Shown here: piece by piece, positions 1 to 4,747 of the stretch | How positions within the stretch are numbered: the first letter of the stretch is position 1 | How the letters are laid out: each line of letters begins with the position of its first letter | DNA from: an archaeon | Lineage (GTDB): Archaea; Iainarchaeota; Iainarchaeia; Iainarchaeales; CSSED10-239 | Assembly: GCA_037147375.1 (NCBI GenBank) | Contig: JBAWVI010000050.1 | Coordinates: forward strand, 1 to 7,083 | Length of the DNA stretch: 7,083 nucleotides | Reading direction: 5' to 3' | Notes under the pieces: generated by a model | Seen by the model: only the letters and a program-made list of their open reading frames with translations | The model's database searches: none | What the model was told of the DNA's origin: nothing | Translations under genes and position numbers: made by a program

Positions 1-549
1 ACACATGGTCGTAAAGTATCATTTAAGAACTGTGTAATTTTGTTAACATCTAATGTTGGAACAAGAGTTGTGAAAGAGTTCAGTACTGGTGTTGGTTTTA
101 ATACTTTAGCCAAGAGTGATAATCACGATGCTGATATTAAATCTACTTTAGAGAAAGAGTTAAAAAAGAAATTCGCACCTGAATTTATTAATAGATTGGA
201 TGATATTATCTATTTCCGTGATTTAGGCAAAGAAGACATCAAGAAAATCGTAACTATTGAATTGAGCAAATCTGTTAAAAGATTACAAGGTATTGGTTAT
301 GAGTCTAGCATAACAGACTCTTTGATTGAACATCTGATTGAAGTTGGATATGATCCACAATTCGGAGCAAGACCTATGAAGAGAGCTATACAGAGATGTA
401 TAGATGATCCATTAACAGATAAATTATTAGATGAACCAAAGGTTGGATCTACACTGCTAATATCTTATGATAAAGATGAAGATAAAACAAAAATCGACAT
501 TAAAAAAATCACAAAAGAGAAGATTTCTAAGGAAGTTAAGAAAGTATAG
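1..549 (+). CDS. Clp/Hsp100-family AAA+ ATPase (ClpC/ClpA/ClpB type), C-terminal part only; the 5' end lies upstream of the window
   Basis: Frame 1 is open from base 1 (THGRKVSFKNCVILLTSNVG...), so the TTG at 40 in the ORF track is internal. Second-AAA-module and D2-small-domain hallmarks are present: 'LLTSNVG', 'FAPEFINRLDDIIYF' and 'GYDPQFGARPMKRAIQ'. Stop TAG is at 547-549. The C-terminus alone cannot separate ClpC, ClpA and ClpB. Confidence 0.85.
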   Translation, partial: THGRKVSFKNCVILLTSNVGTRVVKEFSTGVGFNTLAKSDNHDADIKSTLEKELKKKFAPEFINRLDDIIYFRDLGKEDIKKIVTIELSKSVKRLQGIGYESSITDSLIEHLIEVGYDPQFGARPMKRAIQRCIDDPLTDKLLDEPKVGSTLLISYDKDEDKTKIDIKKITKEKISKEVKKV

Positions 550-550
550 T

Positions 551-589
551 AAAAAGGAGGATAAATTTATGATTTATCCTCCTTTTTTT
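551..589 (+). terminator. Rho-independent terminator downstream of the Clp ATPase gene
   Basis: A perfect 13-bp stem pairs aaggaggataaat (554-566) with atttatcctcctt (572-584) around a 5-nt loop ttatg. It runs into a T7 tract (583-589), preceded by a complementary A-tract (551-553). It starts 2 nt after the stop codon. Confidence 0.75.
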
Positions 590-598
590 AAGTAATAA

Positions 599-627
599 AA
601 ACCTTTAAATATAGTTTTATCTATAAT
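599..627 (+). promoter_or_regulatory. Candidate promoter for the decarboxylase/ZIP genes: AAACCT-N17-TATAAT
   Basis: AAACCT (599-604), a 17-nt spacer, then a perfect TATAAT (622-627), about 40 nt upstream of ATG 669. The same two-box arrangement recurs at 6819-6846 and 6898-6925. The stretch AAACCTTTAAATA can also be read as an archaeal BRE/TATA. Confidence 0.4.
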
Positions 628-668
628 TATTTTGTTTAATTTCTTTTTTTATATTAAATTAGTAAAAC

Positions 669-1880
669 ATGTTAGAAATATTTATGGTGATTATTAGAAT
701 GGGAAACGGGGATACAAAAAATATATTTGATTATTTAACTCTTGAGGAGTTTAGTGAGGTAAAGGAATTTGCAAAAGATAAAAAAACTCCATTTCTTATT
801 GTTGATCTTAAAAAAATAGGAACTAAATTTGATGAACTTGCTCGTTTAATGCCTTTTGCAAAAATATATTATGCAGTTAAAGCAAACTCTATGCCAGAAG
901 TTCTAAAATTACTTGCTGAAAAAGGTTCAAACTTTGATGTTGCAACTATTTTTGAACTTGAAGAAGTACTTAAGCTTGGTGTTACTCCTGATAGAATTTC
1001 TTTTGGAAACACAATCAAGAAAGAAGAAGATGTTAAGTACGCATTCGATAAAGGAGTTAGATTATTTGTTTCTGATTCAATAACTGATTTAAAAAAAATA
1101 TCTAATAGTGCTCCAGGTTCAAATGTATTTTTTAGAATAATTAATGAAGGTGGTGAATCTGATTGGCCTCTTTCAAGAAAGTTTGGAGCACATCCAGACA
1201 TGGTTTATCATTTAATTATTGAAGCAAAGAATCTAGGATTAGTTCCTTATGGAATATCCTTCCACGTTGGTTCTCAGCAAAGAGATGTTGGACAATGGGA
1301 TAATGCAGTTTCACAATGTAGATACTTATTTGATTCAGCTAAATATGATGGAATTGATCTTAAAGCAATAAACATAGGTGGAGGATTTCCTGCTCACTAT
1401 CTAAAATCAGCACCATCAATTGATACTTACACAAAAGAAATTACGAGAATATTAAAAGATGATTTTGGAGATAATTTTCCAGCAATCATAGTTGAGCCAG
1501 GAAGATCCATAGTAGGAGATGCTGGTGTTCTTGTTACTGAAGTTATTATGATTTCTAAAAAATCAATTATTAATCAATATGAATGGGTTTACATTGATTG
1601 TGGAATATATAATGGATTATTTGATACTATTAATGAATCAATTAAGTATCCAATCTTTTCTGAAAGAATTCTTTCTTCAAAGGACAATAAAGAAATAATT
1701 CTTGCAGGTCCAACTTGTGATTCTCTTGATGTTTTATATGAAGATTTTAAGTATTCTCTTCCTGTTGAGTTAAGAGAAGGGGATAGATTATATGTTTTAA
1801 CAGCTGGAGCATATGTTCCAACCTTAAGTTCAATTGGGTTTAATGGTTTTCCTCCATTAAAGATATACACTATAAAGTAA
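669..1880 (+). CDS. PLP-dependent ornithine (or lysine/ornithine) decarboxylase, alanine-racemase-fold, eukaryotic ODC-like
   Basis: 403-aa ORF carrying the family motifs. These are 'YYAVKAN' (PLP lysine K71, nt 879-881), 'ISFHVGSQ', 'NIGGGFP', 'EPGRSIVGDAG' and 'GPTCDSLD' (ODC-type active-site Cys, unlike the LysA CESGD pattern). The start is uncertain: in-frame ATGs occur at 669, 684 and 699, none with a clear SD. Confidence 0.85.
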   Translation: MLEIFMVIIRMGNGDTKNIFDYLTLEEFSEVKEFAKDKKTPFLIVDLKKIGTKFDELARLMPFAKIYYAVKANSMPEVLKLLAEKGSNFDVATIFELEEVLKLGVTPDRISFGNTIKKEEDVKYAFDKGVRLFVSDSITDLKKISNSAPGSNVFFRIINEGGESDWPLSRKFGAHPDMVYHLIIEAKNLGLVPYGISFHVGSQQRDVGQWDNAVSQCRYLFDSAKYDGIDLKAINIGGGFPAHYLKSAPSIDTYTKEITRILKDDFGDNFPAIIVEPGRSIVGDAGVLVTEVIMISKKSIINQYEWVYIDCGIYNGLFDTINESIKYPIFSERILSSKDNKEIILAGPTCDSLDVLYEDFKYSLPVELREGDRLYVLTAGAYVPTLSSIGFNGFPPLKIYTIK

Positions 1881-1895
1881 AATTAATAAGATATT

Positions 1896-2657
1896 ATGAG
1901 TGAAATAATAATTATTTGGTTATATTCAATAATTAGTGTTATCTTTATATCTCTAGTTTCCCTTATTGGAATAGTTACTTTATTTATAAAAGAAAAGAAC
2001 ATGAGTAATCTCTTGCTTTTCTTTGTTTCTTTTTCTGCTGGTGCATTAATTGGAGATTCATTTATTCATATACTCCCTGAAGTTGTTGAAGAATTTGGTT
2101 TTACTTTATACGTTTCTTTATATTTTATCTTAGGATTATTAATATTCTTTGTGCTTGAGAAGTTCATTCATTGGAGACATTGTCATGTTCCAACCTCAAA
2201 AACACATCCTCATCCATTTGTTTATATGAACCTTTTTGGAGATGCTCTTCATAATTTAATTGATGGGCTTGTTATTGGTGGAACCTATTTAGTTTCTATT
2301 CCACTTGGTATAGCAACCACCTTAGCAGTACTTTTTCATGAGATTCCACAAGAGCTTGGAGACTTTGGGGTTTTATTGTCTGGTGGATTTACAAGAAAGA
2401 AAGCATTACTTATGAATTTTTTAACAGCACTTACTGCAATTGTAGGAGTAATAATTGCATTACTTCTTGGACAGATCTCAGAAGGTTTCATGTTATTTGT
2501 TCTTCCGTTCACAGCTGGAGGATTTATTTACATTGCAACAGCTGATCTAATTCCTGAACTTAAGAAAGAAACAGGTGGAAAGAAATCTATCTTACAATTA
2601 ATTGGAATAGTTTGTGGAGTAGGAGTAATGTTATTACTTCTTCTTGTATTTGCTTAA
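1896..2657 (+). CDS. ZIP-family divalent metal (Zn2+/Fe2+) transporter
   Basis: 253-aa polytopic membrane protein. It has a His-rich loop 'HWRHCHVPTSKTHPHP', the TM4 motif 'GDALHNLIDGLVIGG' and the TM5 motif 'HEIPQELGDFGVLL' (an HExPHExGD-like ZIP signature). It starts 15 nt after the decarboxylase stop, so the two are probably co-transcribed. Confidence 0.85.
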   Translation: MSEIIIIWLYSIISVIFISLVSLIGIVTLFIKEKNMSNLLLFFVSFSAGALIGDSFIHILPEVVEEFGFTLYVSLYFILGLLIFFVLEKFIHWRHCHVPTSKTHPHPFVYMNLFGDALHNLIDGLVIGGTYLVSIPLGIATTLAVLFHEIPQELGDFGVLLSGGFTRKKALLMNFLTALTAIVGVIIALLLGQISEGFMLFVLPFTAGGFIYIATADLIPELKKETGGKKSILQLIGIVCGVGVMLLLLLVFA

Positions 2658-2667
2658 ATAAATTAGG

Positions 2668-2700
2668 AAAAAAAATGAAAAGTTAAAAAGAAAACTTTTC
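2668..2700 (-). terminator. Probable intrinsic terminator of the minus-strand HD/NOX transcript
   Basis: On the minus strand an 8-bp stem (complement of 2693-2700 pairing with complement of 2677-2684) has an 8-nt loop, then one A and a U8 run (complement of A8 at 2668-2675). The hairpin overlaps the last NOX codons. The stem is AT-rich and therefore weak. Confidence 0.45.
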
Positions 2701-3996
2701 ATGATGTATTCTCTTCTTTGAAACACCCATTCTTTTTAATAACTTAATTATATGATTAGTCATTCCTGGGGGCCCACATACAAAGAAATCAGTGGTGGTT
2801 GGATTTAATATAACATTTCTAAGTTTATCCTCATTAAGATGCCCAAATTTATTAGATGAATGATAATAATGATTATGATTCTTTTCCTTAAGAGAATTAA
2901 GTTCTTCTCTAAAAACAATATCCTTATCATCCTTAACTGAGTAGATTAAAGTAATTTCTCTTGAAGGATCAAGTGTTAGTTCTTCAATTAATGATCTAAT
3001 AGGAGTTATTCCTATTCCACCAGCAATTAATACTACATTTTTATGCTTAATTCTATCCTTGTGGAAAGTTCCAAGTGGTCCTTCAATAATTATTGGGGTT
3101 CCTCTTTTAATTTCATGAACCTTAGATGTAAAGTCTCCTAGATTTTTAATAGATATTCTAAGTTCAATCTCTGAATGAGCTCTTGAAAAGGAAAAAGGAT
3201 GTGCCTCATAGAATGTTTTATCAAGAAATCTAAATATTCCAAATTGTCCTGCTTTAAACTTGAATCTATTTAACTTATTTCCTCTAATATAAATAGAAAC
3301 AATATCTTGATTTTCTTTAACAACTCTACTAACTACAAATCTATGTACATAATAGTTGTAGATAGGAACTAAGAAACGATAAACAACGAGTAAACCAATA
3401 ATAATTATATATAAAACATACCAATAAACTAAGAATGCATTATTTGAATAAAGATCCATTCCATTTTCAATCTGGTGTGAGAATGCTAAGATGATTACAA
3501 GATATGTAAATAAATGAGTTAAATACCATAACTCATACTTCATTTTAATCTTTGATAAAGTTATTGATAATATTATTATAATTATTAAGATTACAAATGC
3601 AAAAATTGCTGCTCCAATCTCGTCTCCACCAATAAACTTAAGTAATTGGCTTAAGAAAGAAATATTTGAGATTAATTTGTAACCTATAGTTAAGAAAAGA
3701 CCATGTAAGAACAATAAACCAAATGCAACAATTCCATTATAATGATGTATTCTTGAAAGCTTATCATGTCCGTATGTGTTTTCAATAAACTTTATCTTAG
3801 AAATTAATAATATTTGAATTAGGAATAAATAGGTTCCAATTAAACCAGTAATTCTTCCAAGAGCATTATACAAAGAGTCTCCAGTTAACATTGATTGATT
3901 ATTAAAATACCAAAAACCAAGGATGATTAAGATATTAAGTATAAACAAAGAGGTTAAGGTTATCTTTTTAGTAAGAGTTTTATTTATTTCATCCAT
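2683..3996 (-). CDS. NOX/FRE-family flavocytochrome: ferric-reductase transmembrane domain fused to an FAD/NAD(P)H-binding dehydrogenase domain
   Basis: 437 aa with a hydrophobic N-terminal half. Two bis-His pairs have NOX-like spacing: H84/H98 (14 apart) and H161/H174 (13 apart). Also present are the FAD motif 'HPFSFS' (266-271), the NAD(P)H motif 'GGIGITP' (326-332), 'CGPPGM' (407-412) and a C-terminal aromatic '...EKFSF'. Confidence 0.85.
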   Translation of the reverse strand: MDEINKTLTKKITLTSLFILNILIILGFWYFNNQSMLTGDSLYNALGRITGLIGTYLFLIQILLISKIKFIENTYGHDKLSRIHHYNGIVAFGLLFLHGLFLTIGYKLISNISFLSQLLKFIGGDEIGAAIFAFVILIIIIILSITLSKIKMKYELWYLTHLFTYLVIILAFSHQIENGMDLYSNNAFLVYWYVLYIIIIGLLVVYRFLVPIYNYYVHRFVVSRVVKENQDIVSIYIRGNKLNRFKFKAGQFGIFRFLDKTFYEAHPFSFSRAHSEIELRISIKNLGDFTSKVHEIKRGTPIIIEGPLGTFHKDRIKHKNVVLIAGGIGITPIRSLIEELTLDPSREITLIYSVKDDKDIVFREELNSLKEKNHNHYYHSSNKFGHLNEDKLRNVILNPTTTDFFVCGPPGMTNHIIKLLKRMGVSKKRIHHEKFSF

Positions 3997-4012
3997 AGTT
4001 AATCAAATTATT

Positions 4013-4582
4013 TTAAACTTTATTTAGATAATCATGTATTTTACTCATAATTGCTATATGCTCTGGTTGCATTGGTCTATTAATCTTAGTTAACAAACCT
4101 AATGTTTGTTCTTTATAGTATTTTTTAAATTGCTTCTCTGTAACTTCAAGATCAGAAACGTTATCAAGTCTATCATCTAGCTTGATTAAGAGTGCTTCAT
4201 TTGTCATATTATTTAGTTTATTCTTTAGATATTCTGTTTTTCCAATTATTTGAACTATTGTTTTATCAGAGGTTAGTTCATAAACTAAGTAAACAACAGC
4301 TTTTCCAAAATATTCCTCTATTTGCTCATAACTTATATACTTATCTTCAACAGCATCATGAAGCCAAGCAGCAATAAGTATATCTTTGTTTTTAGTATAT
4401 TTAGATATAATTTTTACAACTGCTTTAGGATGATTGAATTCAGGCTTAGTTGGATGAAATTTCATATATCTTTTTTGCATCATTATCTTAATAAACCTCT
4501 CAGCTAAGGAGTTTTTTGAATATTTTTTTGAAAGTTTTATAAGTAGTTCTTTTGAATTAATTTCGGTTGTGGTTGCAGTCAT
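4013..4582 (-). CDS. HD-domain hydrolase of the RelA/SpoT hydrolase (Mesh1 / small alarmone hydrolase-like) family
   Basis: 189-aa single-domain protein with 'HPKAVV...AAWLHDAVED' (H...HD...ED metal site), 'YELTSDK' and 'IKLDDRLDNVSDL' (compare KLADRLxN in SpoT/Mesh1 hydrolase domains). There is no synthetase domain. It lies 16 nt upstream of the NOX gene on the same strand. Confidence 0.75.
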   Translation of the reverse strand: MTATTTEINSKELLIKLSKKYSKNSLAERFIKIMMQKRYMKFHPTKPEFNHPKAVVKIISKYTKNKDILIAAWLHDAVEDKYISYEQIEEYFGKAVVYLVYELTSDKTIVQIIGKTEYLKNKLNNMTNEALLIKLDDRLDNVSDLEVTEKQFKKYYKEQTLGLLTKINRPMQPEHIAIMSKIHDYLNKV

Positions 4583-4747
4583 AAATTATCATCTCTTTAA
4601 ATATAAATAATCACCCAAACTAAATAAAAACTCCTCTTTTTTAGGAAAAGATAGGTATTTAAATCATTTTTAGCATATATATATTATCTAAGTAACATTA
4701 ATTAATGATTAATAGCAGTTTTTTATTATTAGGGGGTTTGAGAATTT
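4583..4747. promoter_or_regulatory. Divergent intergenic control region between the HD/NOX pair (-) and the repeat-protein gene (+)
   Basis: A 165-bp non-coding AT-rich spacer between two divergently oriented start codons. On the minus strand, TTTATATT (complement of 4600-4607) sits 18-25 nt upstream of the HD ATG. SD AGGGGGT (4731-4737) lies 10 nt upstream of ATG 4748. A perfect 12-nt palindrome cattaattaatg is at 4696-4707. The exact promoters are not resolved. Confidence 0.4.

Noticed and set aside
40-549. TTG at position 40 as the start of a 169-aa protein
   Set aside because: The frame is open from base 1 and the upstream residues (THGRKVSFKNCVIL) continue the conserved Clp motif preceding TSNVG. 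This is an internal codon of a truncated larger gene.
554-595. Perfect SD (AAGGAGG, 554-560) 8 nt upstream of ATG 569, giving an 8-codon mini-ORF MIYPPFFK*
   Set aside because: The SD and the ORF are simply the two arms of the 13-bp terminator hairpin; the right arm must be the complement of the left. Function as a leader peptide cannot be excluded, but nothing in the sequence supports it.
597-613. Reading AAACCTTTAAATA as an archaeal BRE/TATA box, implying an AT-rich DPANN-type archaeon
   Set aside because: Not excluded, but given lower weight. Two canonical hairpin plus U-tract terminators, a Clp/Hsp100 ATPase, GGGGT Shine-Dalgarno sites and the fixed 16-17-nt spacing to perfect TATAAT boxes fit a bacterial two-box promoter better. 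Marker genes from the rest of the genome are needed.
869-1201. 110-aa minus-strand ORF inside the decarboxylase gene (also 1589-1870, 93 aa)
   Set aside because: Both lie entirely antisense to a motif-rich, confidently identified CDS. They have no recognisable motifs or RBS and are typical shadow ORFs.
4192-4507. Two 61-aa plus-strand ORFs (4192-4377 and 4322-4507) antisense to the HD hydrolase gene
   Set aside because: They lie antisense to, and fully inside, a CDS with clear HD/SpoT hydrolase motifs. Their composition is low-complexity, and no start context supports them.
4696-4707. Perfect 12-nt palindrome cattaattaatg in the divergent promoter region as an operator site
   Set aside because: A/T-only-core palindromes of this length arise readily by chance in DNA of roughly 70% AT. 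There is no second copy in the window. It is worth noting only if a genome-wide motif search recovers it.
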